Shown here one piece after another: positions 51,000-63,291 of a stretch of DNA of 64,000 bases. Made by a program: the position numbers and the translations under genes. The stretch comes from Hydrolagus colliei (taxonomy: Eukaryota), in the NCBI GenBank assembly GCA_035084275.1, contig CM068756.1, positions 14,508,001 to 14,572,000 of the forward strand. The letters are read 5' to 3'. Position 1 is the first letter of the stretch. Every line of letters starts with the position of its first letter. The notes below the pieces were generated by a model, which was given only the letters and a program-made list of their open reading frames with translations, did no database searches and was not told where the DNA came from.

Positions 51000-51652
51000 C
51001 TGTTCCTTTAAGCGAAACAACTTTAAGTGAAACAGGCTTAAGCAAACACATTTTTTCCCATAAGAATTAATGCATGAACCGGAGTTAGGTTGTTTTGGAC
51101 ATTTTTTGTCAAAGTGTTCTTTAAAAAAAATGATCAGTTGAAATACATGTACATTCATATATAAAATATAGAATTGAAATAACATAACACTCATGGCATC
51201 AAAACGGGTTAAAACATCTAATTTCATTAAAGAGTAATAGATTTCCTGTTTTTTTTACTACCAGATTCACCACTGTCACTTCCTGGGCGTTTTTGACTCA
51301 TGTTTATAGAGGAAATAAATAAGCACAAATAACAGCAACAACAAAATCATATTTATAGAACGCCTTTCACGTTGGTAGGACGTACCAAGGTGCTGAAAAT
51401 AAATCACGATCAAAAAAATATTACCGACCTCACACTGCGCACTAACTTAAAATGGCAACATTAAGACTGTAGATAGACGCTGCGTCAGAATACTGGACAG
51501 TAGCCTACGCTACCCAAACTAAAATAGTTTGTTTCCATCTGCTGGGGAACGATGTAATAGCGAACGTTGCAAATGTATATATGTTTCCTGTGTATCAGCA
51601 ACAGCATAATGAAACAATGTTGACCGAAGCAATGTTAAGCGGGGTCTACCTG
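51000..51652. mobile_element. Possible TcMar/Tigger-like DNA transposon remnant
   Basis: The right end gttaagcggggtctacctg is the reverse of CAGGTAGACCCCGCTTAAC, resembling Tigger TIRs. No matching left TIR found. Confidence 0.4.
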
Positions 51653-51963
51653 TGTACGTATATACGTATCAATATTGTGTAATAGAGATTTATTAATCAT
51701 AGTAACACATACAAAACTGGTAAAATAATAATGTCACTTCCAGAAACAAAATTATCATGCCAGTTTTGGAGCAGTCAGACTCAATGGTCTCTGTGTGTCT
51801 TTCCTTGGCTGGTTCTGCCTCCTCGCTTATCATGTGATTCCCTACCGTTTGGAAGACAAAGAGTAAATATAGTGATATATTTAACTGAATATGTTTTTCT
51901 GTTTTCTGTCCTTCACAATTATCATATCTACTACAACTGGTGCCAACCTGGCTATATTCAGTA

Positions 51964-52106
51964 ACAAAAACTAAAGTTGCTGGGGAAACTCAGCAGGTCA
52001 AACAGCATCCATGGAGAAAGGGAAAGGAGTCCACGTTTGACTCTTTTTCATTTCTCCATAGATGCTGCCTGACCTGCTGAGTTTCCCCAGCAACTTTTGT
52101 TTTTGT
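51964..52106. repeat. Second palindromic element, about 56-bp arms
   Basis: acaaaaac.aaagttgctggggaaactcagcaggtca..catc.atggagaaa with its inverse at 52051-52106; same family as 47808. Confidence 0.75.
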
Positions 52107-54419
52107 TTCAGATTCCAAGCATCTGTGGTATTTTGTGATTTGGCTATATTCAGTTCTGTTTTACAGACAGGCTGGTTCCTGCAATTCTGCAGCCTTCTCA
52201 GTTATATATATAAATTTCTAATGTTATACTACATATTATACACATTGAATTACTGATTAAACATAAAATAAACCTAATGATTCGACTAAACCTAACACAA
52301 CATAATTTTTGACAATAAAGTACAAGAACACAAATATAAATATTATAAATGTGTACTATTTAATTGTGTACTTCAATTGCAGTGATGCCAATCTTCAGTA
52401 AAATGTCACTTACCATAAAAAACAAACTTTTATTTGTCACCAAATTTTATTCTGGCTGTAATTGTTTCGAACTGAGCTCTGCAATCAAGCGCTTCACATT
52501 CACATCCACATTAGATGAATCTTAAAAGAGAATAACGTTTAGTTGAAGGTATTATCTGTGTCTTTCTGTATCATGCTTGAACGTTCATTGGCCATACCAC
52601 CAAAAAGTAAAAATTCAATTGCATATGTAACCCAAAGATCAGACATGGCAAAATATACAAATCAAAAGTGAGTGTGTCCTTTTAAGAGGCAAGGGGCAGG
52701 ATGCACAAAACATAGCCATTTTGCGTAATGGAAAATGACTGCTTGCTGCAAATAAATGCGGTTCTGGTGGTTTTGGAAATTTCGACAGTCTAATGTGAGC
52801 TATTTTAGTGGGTTATATATGTTTGCGTCCGCCTAAAAATCATGTTTACAGAGATGTAAAGATGCGATCTGCAATTGCGTACAAGTGGTTGTGCACTTTA
52901 AAACAACAGTGAATGTTATCTGATGTTCCGCTTAACCGCTGATTGATTTTGTATGTCTGATATATTTACTAACAACTAACTTAGAGGAAGCAAATGTTGC
53001 ACATTTTGCTGGGTAGCGGGTGCTGTTAATTTGGTTTGTGTATTAATAAATCCTTCGAAAATTAACCATAAAAAACATGGTTAATAAAATATTAACAGAT
53101 ATGAAGAAGGAACTGGAATATTGAATTCATTAAAACGCATGACACAGAAACATGCGTGACAGTGGCACAGACACGATCACTGCCTCATATAAATTATTGT
53201 TTCTATGTAAGTTTAAACTTGTGCTTAGTTATTCCACAAAACCATCCTCAATTAAATCAGAGGCAATGCGCTCTCAAAAGAGGAATGATTACACTGTTTC
53301 CTTTTACAGCCAATGCCCAACATGTATGGAAACCAATTGCCAGGCTTATGAGCAACCAAACCAGATGGAGAGTTCCAACTGAATTGTACCATTGTAGCTC
53401 AATGTTGTAGAGAGCGTTTATATTTACATTTACTGCCAAAGGATGGCACTTCTAAAAATGCAATTCACTCAGAAATGCACTGAGGTGCAGCCCAGACTAC
53501 AGTACATGAATTGTAAGTGTCATGGTAAAGCTTCAATCCACACCTTGTGACTCAGAGAGTGCTCCCAACTGAGCGAGACTGACAGACCGACAACTATTTC
53601 CCCTCAGTGAGTCACATTAAATCACGTGATTGGCGTTAACTTTATGAAATCGTGATCTAAACTAGATGAAAAACAAACATTTGCACTGCAATTAGTGTTC
53701 TGTAGGTTGCAGAAGCATCTGAAAGTTGCAGAGGCAACACGGTAGAAAGACCAGTTTCTCCTGGTTAGATATATTTTAGGTACGCCCACGCTGAGGATGT
53801 TACATTGCGCCATACTTTGTCAAGTTCTTTATAAGTTAACTCATAACCCGGTCACAGTCAGTTTTCATTGCGGCCATCCTGAGATATATTTGAGTTATCC
53901 ACTTTATTGCAATACTTTGTTAATTCAGAGTTGAATCTCGTGGGCTGGGCTAACAGTTACATATATCATGAAACATAAACACTTTATTAAATATTCATCA
54001 AACGATTAAGAGTTTTTTTTACATATCATTGATTTAATGTGACTGCTGGAATATTCTTAGCTATAATCATAGGTGATTTCCTGAAGATATCAATAATGAA
54101 AGTTGAAGTACATGGATAATCCTCAGGATGATATGCACACAAACACATCCAATCTAATGTGCTTGTGAACTACTGATTTAGAATTGTGTTGTGGGAGCAC
54201 CTAAGTAAATATTTGTGGCATTTATACTTCACCTTAACACAGGGGAATATTTAAAAGACAATGTTTACAAAGCTTTGAAAGCGCAAAATAGTTTTTTTTT
54301 GCATATATCTGATAGAAAACCTGAAGGTGACAAAGAGTTTCATATTTTTAATAACATGAGAAAAAAATCAGGTAGAATAGCAGACAGATTGATTTCAATA
54401 CAGTAATTCATTGTACATA

Positions 54420-54785
54420 ACAACAACATTGATTTATGTAGCACCCTCTACGCTGGACGGGATCTCAGAGTGCTTCACAATAATGAATCCCAGGCCCGAG
54501 CCATGGGCAGGGAGTAAAAGGCGAAAAGAAAAGTCTTTAGCTGAGATCTGAAACTAGGAAGAGAGGGAGCAAGGTAAAGGAATGAGGATGGGAGTTCCAG
54601 AGCTTCGGGGCAAAGTGGCTGAAGGCACAGCTGCAGATGGTGGAGTGAAGGATTCGGGGGACAAGGAGGAGACCAGAACCGGAGGAGCAAAGTCAACAGA
54701 TGCTGTGTTGGGGAGAGAGGAGGTCAGAGAGGTAGTGGGTGCAGAGGAATGGAGAGATTTGAAAACAAGAGTGAGGATCTTGAAA
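54420..54785 (-). mobile_element. L2-like LINE 3' fragment
   Basis: PSFRSQLKTFLF and a tail with (ttg)-like end at about 54420. Confidence 0.65.
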
Positions 54786-56633
54786 TAGTTAGGGATGCAG
54801 AAAAATTTATGGTTACGGACATGAGCAAATAATAGGTTCCATCTTGATACAATCTGCTCTTCAGAAATTTATTCAAGTGTGAGGTAAATTTAAATGAGGT
54901 GAACCTATGATTCTGTAAAGTCGAAGGAATATGGGTAAGAATAGGGGAGTGGGACTAGTTGGATGCCAAGAGCAGGCACAGGCATGATGAGCTGAATGGC
55001 TTCCTTTTGTGTTGTAAAATTCTGTGATTCTATGATTCCGTGTTGAACATAGTTTTACAAGCATGCTAAAACTAAAATTTACACATTGGTTGCTGGAATT
55101 GTGTACAAAAAAGTTGAACTTAAAATCTGTGAAGTGCTTTGAAACGTGCAACATTCATTCATTCGTTCGTCACTCCGTCCGTCCATCCGTCTGTCCGTCC
55201 ATCCAACCATCCATCTGTACCTTCCTCCATCTATTCATTCATATTACATGCTCTACCAACTGAACCAAGCAGACTTGCAAAGCATGCAGAAAATGTGTTT
55301 ATTGGCAAATTCTGATCTACAAATGTATACATTATTAACATTTACTCTCTAATAAAATTGAGCTTGTGTATATCTAATTAAACTTATTTTCCTCCACTTA
55401 AACCCACATGCTTAAAATGATCTCCACATCTGTGAACCACATTTAGCTATCTGTTTACCTGCAAAACACTTCTGAATTATTTTAAAATATTAAGGTATCC
55501 TAGTGATCTGAACAATGAGAAAATCTCTTACTACAGTAGATTATGTGATATGAAATTTATGCATTCAAAAACAGAATCATTGCTTTATAACGTAATTTGT
55601 TTTGTTGACAGTATCACATGTGACGGATGAGAGCTAACATCGTTGAATGTCGACAAGTCACAGGCTCATCTGCTTGGTTTCCATCAGAGCCTTCAAACCT
55701 CAGGCACTGTCAGCATCAATTTACAACAGAAACAACACATTATATTTGAATACTGTCTTTCATGTCGGGAGGCGCTGATATAATAATCATTGCACTTGAT
55801 ATAACTCTGATCATGTTTTCGAGTCATCACAAAATACTTCATACAATATACTGTAAAGTGAATTGACTGTATTTTGGGATAGAAACATGGCAGCGAGTTA
55901 TGCACAGCAGTATCCCCAAAACAGTTGCGGATTCAGTGACCAATATTTTTAAAGAGATTATTACCACAGAAAAGCATTTTGTTAATTGACTAACAACTAG
56001 GTTCCTATTCACTGCTGGTAAACAAAAGCATGTGGGGTAAGGAAGATTCCCCTACATTTCGCCGAACCCGAGATTCGAACCCAGTGTTCTTCTTTGTGAG
56101 GCCTGTGCTCCAACAATTAACCTGTAGGACTCCATGGGTGTACTTGGATGTCGATTGTCAACTGTCCTTTAAACCCTAAATTTGTATCTTGATCCAGTCA
56201 GCTGTCCCTCACCTAGGCAATTTTGCCGGCCCTCTGGCCACCAAAACCCTTATCCATGCCTCCATCACTGCTTATTGGAAATGACTACATTGCTACGTTT
56301 TATTTCAGTGACACAACTGCTCGGTTTTTATGTTAGACATGACATATTTAGGTATAAACACATTACTAGATTGATACAGATACCCATGGTTAATTGAACT
56401 AAGACATATTTGTCAAATATTATTTTATGCAGACTGAAGCAGGAGGTTCATTTTCCATGAAGCATATTTTCGCGACAGAACACCAAAATAAACAACAGCC
56501 ACCAATAATTACAGGTACCTCTGGAAATGATGGTTGAATAGTGATGTGATACTGGCACGCACTTGAGCGCACTAAGCCACAAAGCAAGACACACGACTTA
56601 AATATGTCAGTACTTTGTACAACTTGTTGCTCA

Positions 56634-56786
56634 CTAGAGATGGCTTCTGCTGCTCCTCTGTAGTTTTTCCGCATGTACTTCTGCATAGTCCGTATTCTCG
56701 TTGCGATTAATTTTCCCTGTTTCCTTGGAACCAGACATATCTAAAGCAGCATAGGTCACGTTGTTACTGGGCGTCCCCTGTTTGGT
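56634..56786 (-). CDS. A4 terminal tail exon (VTYAAL ITIM, TDYAEV ITSM)
   Basis: cag|, phase 0. TKQGTPSNNVTYAALDMSGSKETGKINRNENTDYAEVHAEKLQRSSRSHL*. Confidence 0.8.
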   Translation of the reverse strand, partial: TKQGTPSNNVTYAALDMSGSKETGKINRNENTDYAEVHAEKLQRSSRSHL

Positions 56787-59700
56787 CTGTAAAGCCAATG
56801 TTTCACAATATCATTAGTTGACATTTGGCAAATCTAGTAGCTTAACCAACAGTAGTGTGTCAATTTGTAAGCATTTGTAGGTGTGGAAATAAAGTGGACA
56901 GTTCAAGGAGGTTCACTTTAGATCAATAATCTGTGTGGTCAGCAGTAGACAGGGAAGATGGGATAATTAAATAGCTTTTGTAGAATTTATGTAATCAATG
57001 TGTTAAATATTATCTCAAATTATATTTGGAATGCTTATATATTTGAGACATATGATCGACCTCATATGAGGGGAACTAGTGACTAGTTTCAAAGAAGATC
57101 TTTGCTCAAGGAGGAGAAACAGAAGACTGTTTATGAACAACAAACTCCTTTCATTCCTTATCAGTCATTTCCTTGTGGAAAAATGATCTGCAGCTGGAGA
57201 GAGCAATGTTGCATTTGTTTTCAGAAAGGAACCATCTTTCAAAGAACAATAATTAAGTGAAAGGTCACCTTTTGAACAACATAAATGGAGATCGATTCAA
57301 AAGAGAAAAGAAAGAAATTGCAACTTGAAGTCACAACCCATATGCCAGCTTCTAAAGAATGAATATCAAAATTACCATTTAAGCAACACGAAATGTACAG
57401 TAATAACTATATACTTTTCGATTATATGGAACTGGAAACCGTACAACAATACTTGGATTCCTTTTGAGGACATATTTGGATTTGAATGGGACATTAAATT
57501 AGAGATTGCTTCTCTATCTCTATCTCTATCTCTATCTCATAGCATGTGGTTTGGTCAACTTAAATTGTTGTGAACTATAGTATACATGTGGATACATAAG
57601 CACAATTAGATTTTTAAAAAAATACTTATCACCATATTGATCTGAATTAATAAACCTTGATTAATTGTTCAACATTTGTGTCAGTCCTTACTTCACCGCA
57701 GGGTCATTAAATAGATTAACCCTTACATTTGTCAATTCCTGATTATTCTGCAGGACTGTAATGTATTAGCATTATCAACAGTGACCCGAAAAATTCACGA
57801 TAATGAAGGATTATGAAAGAGCAATATATTATTTGTACACTTCTGCAATAGAAAGTAACCAAAGGGAACAAATTTAAGATAATCACACAAAAAAATTAAC
57901 TGGAGGTTAGAAATATATATTTTTGCCAAGGATGGTTTCGTATATAAATTGCTGCCTCAATGCATAGTGGAAGAAAAGATAAAGAAAAGATCAAGATCAA
58001 AGATCATAAAAGTATTCTTAAATAGAAATGTTTAAGTAGATACATGATGGAACATATCAACGAGTGTGGAGAGTGAGTTGAAAAATATTCAACTTTTTTT
58101 TTGTATGTGGTAAACATTATGTATCACATTCAATGATTAGATTTTCTCATGCCGAGAAAACACAAGGGAAAATTTGACGAAACGATGGATCTGTTTTGGG
58201 GTCACAACATTTTGTGGTGTATGAGTCCCAACATTGCCTACACTGCTGAACTCATCGCCTTACAAGAGGAATGGGCATTTGGATAAATGATGAATGATTG
58301 CTGGACGCTCCCTGCAAAATCGGGGTGGATGTGTGAAAAATGTGAGAAGCAACTAAGAGTGTTTAGGTACAATGGACCCCAACAACGAAGTACGGAAATT
58401 CCATTGAAACTTATCTGTTTTCCTTTGACGAGTAAAATATCCCCAAATCGGTTGGCTGAAAGTGGTTTGTATCTTGTCTTTGTGCTTTAAAAAATCTCTA
58501 CCTGGGCATATACTGTCCTCTCCTCTTGATGCCTGGGTTTTGGAACTTTCTTCGAACTATTTAAATCCAATGTGGCATAAGCCATCCTCTCAGAATCTGC
58601 TTCCATCACAGTCTGTTAAAACAGAAAATCATTTTACATTGTCCAGTACTTTCAATAGGCTGCATCATTTCATTTTGTTCCTACAAACAAACAAAATTAC
58701 ATTTATATAATGGCTATCCTAAACAAGTGGTCGTGTATCCAAACAACAACAACAAAATTACATTGGTATAGCGCCTTTCATGTCAGGAGGACGTCCCAAG
58801 GCGCTAGACAGTTACTGCTTCATCTCCCGCTAACGGTGGGGCCGGTGGGGGGGAACGGGACGTGGAGCAGGCCTGCTGAGTGGAGGGGATGGGCAGGTTG
58901 GTAAGGGGATAGGAGGTCATGGATGTGGGGTGGGGTTCTGGACGATCTGCAGCCTGTGGAGGAAGGAATTGGGAAGGCCGACCAGCAGGCATTTGCCTAA
59001 TCGAGCCGGGATGTAATGAATGCGTGTTTGAGGGTTTCAGCGGCTTTGAGGGTGAGATATTGGCAAAGGTTATTCTTTATGAGGTTAACTGATTTATAAT
59101 TAATTTTACACGTACGTGGAACAATCATTTTAAGTTGTATGATATTTTGCCTCAGAAAGTTCCAATGTGAGCTCCTGCGATGGCTCACTGTCCTCGAGGA
59201 ACACTGTACTTTCTGCCACAACGCCCTCCTGACCCGCCAGTGATCTAACTTTCAACCATTTACCTCGCACTCCAGCAATGCTTTCTGGAATCACAGCCTC
59301 GGCTGCTAGTCCTTTTAAGCATCACAATGTATTTAAAAAGAAACAAAATAGCTAAATATCACCGGTATTTTTACATTTAAAATGGTCTCACTTAATTTGC
59401 TTTAACTGTGTTAACAATCTTACCAGTTCTCCAGGACAGTCCAGTCTATTTGAACCTAAACATGAATATAATTCAAGTAAATCAATTAAATATTTATTAA
59501 CTTTTCATGGCAGTAATATCAAAGGTACACTCAACCAATTTCAAACATAAAGTTGCAACATATAGTCTTATACAGTACGTTTTCTTCTATACACTTACAT
59601 TTGTTCAAGCGCTGTAGTATTTAAGAGTTCCTACATGTTCATCCTGTCTATTAATGCAAGTTATTGTTCTTGTTGTATGGAATTTTAAAAATCCATCCGA

Positions 59701-62700
59701 CTCAACGTTTTCTATCCCACTTTCTGTCGAAGATATTGCCTCTTCAAATCTTTCCTCTCCCAACATTCACCTCGCAAATTCAGCATCCCATGAGAAATAC
59801 ATCTCGTTTGTTTATGCTAATTTTTCAGCTTCCGTGGCTCCTATACGCCCACCCGGACCGTCCGTTCAACAGGACTTGGCCTGCTCCAAGCCCCCCGCCA
59901 GAACCGCCATCGGAGGCCGGGCCTTCAGTTTCTCCACTCCCACCTTATGGAATGCCATCCCTCAATCCCTCCATTTCGCCTCTTCCCTTTCCTCTTTCAA
60001 GGCCGGTTTGAAGACTTTCCTCTTCGATCGTGCCTTTTGTTCCACCCCAAACTCTTTTACCTCCGCTTCGTGTTTCACCCCTTCCCAAACACTCCCCTCC
60101 CAGCTCGGGTCACATGCCTCCTGTTCAGCGCCTTGGGACGTCCTCCCGACGTGAAAGGCGCTCTATAAATGTAAATTGTTGTTGTTGTTGTTGTTATTTG
60201 GGTCTGCTCCCTTCACCGTTTACCAAATATAAACACAGTAATCATCGGGGCCTATTACAAAATTGTGTTCTTCAACTCCTTGTCTCTAGGTGGGGTGAGG
60301 TAATTTTACTCGCCAAATTATACATTTAATAGGAGTAAAACTCAATGATTTCTTACCTTTCCTTTTAATTCTTCTGCATCCAATCACGAACATGATCAAA
60401 ATAACCGATGATACACATGCACCAACTGCATATTTAACAATTAGTAAATAGTTGTTCGAACTTCCATTCCCTACAAGGACAGAATAAACTAGTCATGAAC
60501 CTACACTTGCTACATGAACCTACATGAGCGAGTCACTCATTTTAGAGTCCGTTGCTTATTCTGTAAATCAGAAAGACTAGCTGCTCCAACTCTAATTGCT
60601 CAAACTGTGAAAGGTGATTTCCAGAGCGCATTTTCACACTCCAATCTTTCCCTCGAATGAAACATGAAGCAGGTTTTATATTCCAAAATTTTTGTTTTAC
60701 GTATAATGTTTGCATGACATTAACGGCACATCTATAATTTTCAACCTGGATTAACACAAGAAAATATTCCGTCACAATTTAATATATCATAAAATAATAC
60801 CAAGATTGTTGGTGACCTACCTTTATCAGGAGGTTGAACTGTATAGTTAGCAATCTCCGGATTTTGGAGACTGATGTGAGATACCGAACAGGTGTAAACA
60901 TCCCCGTTCTGGACACGCTGTGTCTTCATGTAACTGTAAGCTTTAAACAATTTCCCGAGATTCTGCTGCTTGACGGTGTTAGTCACTGTTGTCATTTCTG
61001 TGCCATTTCTAAACCAAGTAAAGTTCAGATCCTCCGGGTAAAACTCAGCCGTTTCACACACAAGAGTCAGAAACACAGACTGATTTGTTTCGGGAAACCT
61101 GCGGGAAATCGTCAGTGGAGTTGGGGGAACTGGGGAACAGGTAAGGAGACAAAATCATGTTACTTGAGGGATTGTGAGTCTTTGTAAATCTTTCTGGCTT
61201 TTTTTTAGGGTGGTGGGAGTGTGTGTGGGGGTGGTGAGGGTAGCGGTGGCTATGTGCGCACATTGGCTGCCTCATTCGCCTGCAGATACGGTTAAAACGC
61301 GTTTGGAGACTGTCCAGCACATGATTCTGCACCTTATGAATTGCAGTGACTATTGTTTCCAGTTGACCCCCACCCCCCCCAGTGCGACCACATTGAATTG
61401 AGATTTCACCTGCCGCTTCAGGTGCTTGCTTAAGATCCCATAGCATTTTTGGAAAAGCGAAGAGAGATTTCTCCTCGGGTCCTGGCCAACAATCCCACAG
61501 ATAAACTGGGTCAAGTATGTCGCGAATGGCTATGGAACATTGTTGTTTGCCAATCGGGTAGCGATTTCACATCCAAAAGTTACTGGATTTTTACAGCGAT
61601 TCATGTTGACACGAAAAGCATCAGCATATTATCCAATATATCATTCTACTTCTCATTATTAATGATTGAAATGTGGCAATATCTTCAATAAAATAAATAG
61701 GAGAGAATCAGATACTCACTGAAGGCAATTCAACTACATATCAAAAACATGGGACATTTATCTGGTGGATAAACTCTTAGAGATTGCTAATCAGTAGTGG
61801 GTACCGAATGGTTGCTGCTGGAATAAATAGACTAGTGAGAAGTCCCGTTCCTTCCAGCACTAGAAAATCCACAAATCATTCCTAATTAAATTCTGTGTAT
61901 TTAAGTTAAAAGGGGACGCATGTATATGAAATTATCAGAATACTGCTCCTTGCATTTGATATAGCACTTTTCTTATCTTCTAGATGTCTCATGGTGATTC
62001 ACAGAATATACTGTAAAGTAAATTTACTGTATAGATATGCGTGAAACGTGGCAGCCAATTGCACACAGTAGTGTCCCACAAACAGTCGTGGATTGAAATG
62101 ATGATTTTTTCTCGAGGGATTATTATCAAATGTGTGTGGTAAGGAAACTAGTCCAAAGTTTTCCCCAGCCTGGAATCGAACCTAGGTCTCTCACTTGTAA
62201 GGCGAGTGCTCTAACCACTGAGCTACAGGACAATTAATGCTCAGAGTTGTCAAATCATGAAGCATTATATTATCATAATAATAATTATTGTATTTGATAT
62301 ACAACAACAATAACAAAATTACATTTGTATAACGCCTGTCACATTGGGAGGACATCCCAAGATGCTATATAGTTTTTTCACCTCTTGTGACAGTGTCCCA
62401 CAAACAGTCGTGATTCTTTGACCAATTATTATCATATTTAATAAAATAATGAGAGTGAATTTAGGTGGCTGCCAGTTTGAATTGTGCACAATTCATTTTT
62501 TTTAATTGGATTTTTCAGCGTAATTATATTTCTTTCCTGGGGAGCGCAACATTGCCATAAATTTACAGATAATGAAATTCAAGAACACAACTGTAAATGT
62601 AACGAAAACTATAGAAGAGATTCGTAAAGAATTCTTGTGGGATATTCAAAGATAGGAACAGTTTCAATATCCGTATTAGTCACTTACCGTACACGGTTAA

Positions 62701-63291
62701 ACGCGATCCATTTCCATTCCCTGCTTTTTCCCCCAGTGACCTCACGGCGCAGTAATAGACTCCAGCATCCTGAATATTCACATCCAGGAGCTGGAAGAAG
62801 CCACTTCCTTTGGTTTTAACCCCAAACTGCTTCCTGCTGTCCTCTTCTGTATGTAGGTAGACACTCTCCCCCTCCTTCCACCAGTACACATGGATTCGCA
62901 AAGAGTGTAGAGAGAATGGATAGCTGCAGTAGAAGGTTATGTTTGTTCCTCTGTTTGCCGTCAAATGTTTGGGGAATTGACTTATTTCAACGGATTTATC
63001 GCCAGAAACTATGAAGAATTAAATATTGATGCATGTTAATATTGATAATTGGTTAGGGAAGCAAATAAGTAAAAACAGATAACATACATACAGATGCATT
63101 GAGAGTAAGTCAGTAAATTGTGTTTATTCTGAAACTACTCGGTGATAATAATAATGCTTGGATTTGATATCACGCCTTATCACAGAAAAATATACTGTAA
63201 AGTTTAGTCACAATCTACTTTCACCACTAAATAAACACTTACCCGTGGAAATAATAACCAGAACACACGTGTATAGCAAATAACATCTCAT
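56634..63291 (-). CDS. Gene A4: intact L-VJ-C1-TM-(Tyr motif exon)x2 receptor, 362 aa
   Basis: Exons 63243-63291, 62688-63008, 60821-61129, 60357-60470, 59424-59455, 58502-58612, 56634-56786. All GT-AG and phase-compatible; 1089 nt, open to TAG. Confidence 0.82.
58502..58612 (-). CDS. A4 tail exon 1 (MAYATL; TVYAQ|V)
   Basis: 111 nt, phase 0-0, cag| and |gtagag. Confidence 0.8.
59424..59455 (-). CDS. A4 linker exon (GSNRLDCPGEL)
   Basis: ttag| and |gtaaga, 32 nt, phase 1 to 0; the start resembles the A3 linker GSHRS. Confidence 0.65.
59845..60195 (+). mobile_element. Young L2-like LINE 3' end
   Basis: Near-identical to 28070-28417. Confidence 0.88.
60357..60470 (-). CDS. A4 transmembrane exon
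   Basis: 114 nt. GNGSSNNYLLIVKYAVGACVSSVILIMFVIGCRRIKRK. Confidence 0.85.
60821..61129 (-). CDS. A4 Ig C1 exon
   Basis: 309 nt. LVCETAEFYPEDLNFTWFRNG..YTCSVSHISL. Confidence 0.9.
61950..62230 (-). mobile_element. tRNA-derived SINE (other minus-strand copies at about 21990-22265, 40440-40810, 47335-47570, 49270-49420, 55790-56135)
   Basis: Reverse complement of gtcctgtagctcagtggttagagcactcgccttacaagtgagagacctaggttcgattccagg. Confidence 0.8.
62688..63008 (-). CDS. A4 VJ-type V exon
   Basis: 321 nt. TFYCSYP..VYWWKEG..DAGVYYCAV..GNGNGSRLTVY. Confidence 0.92.
63243..63291 (-). CDS. A4 leader exon (MRCYLLYTCVLVIIST)
   Basis: 49 nt, donor gtaagt, phase 1, hydrophobic. Confidence 0.82.

Noticed and set aside
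59264-59311. 48-nt AG/GT-bounded candidate exon in A4
   Set aside because: It preserves phase, so it cannot bridge phase 1 to 0, and it contains stops in phase 0. The 32-nt exon at 59424-59455 fits.
4092-63008. Calling these rearranging TCR/Ig loci, or assigning NCR3/SIRP symbols
   Set aside because: V and J are germline-fused, each gene has its own C1/TM, and the tails carry ITIMs. Orthology cannot be set without phylogeny.
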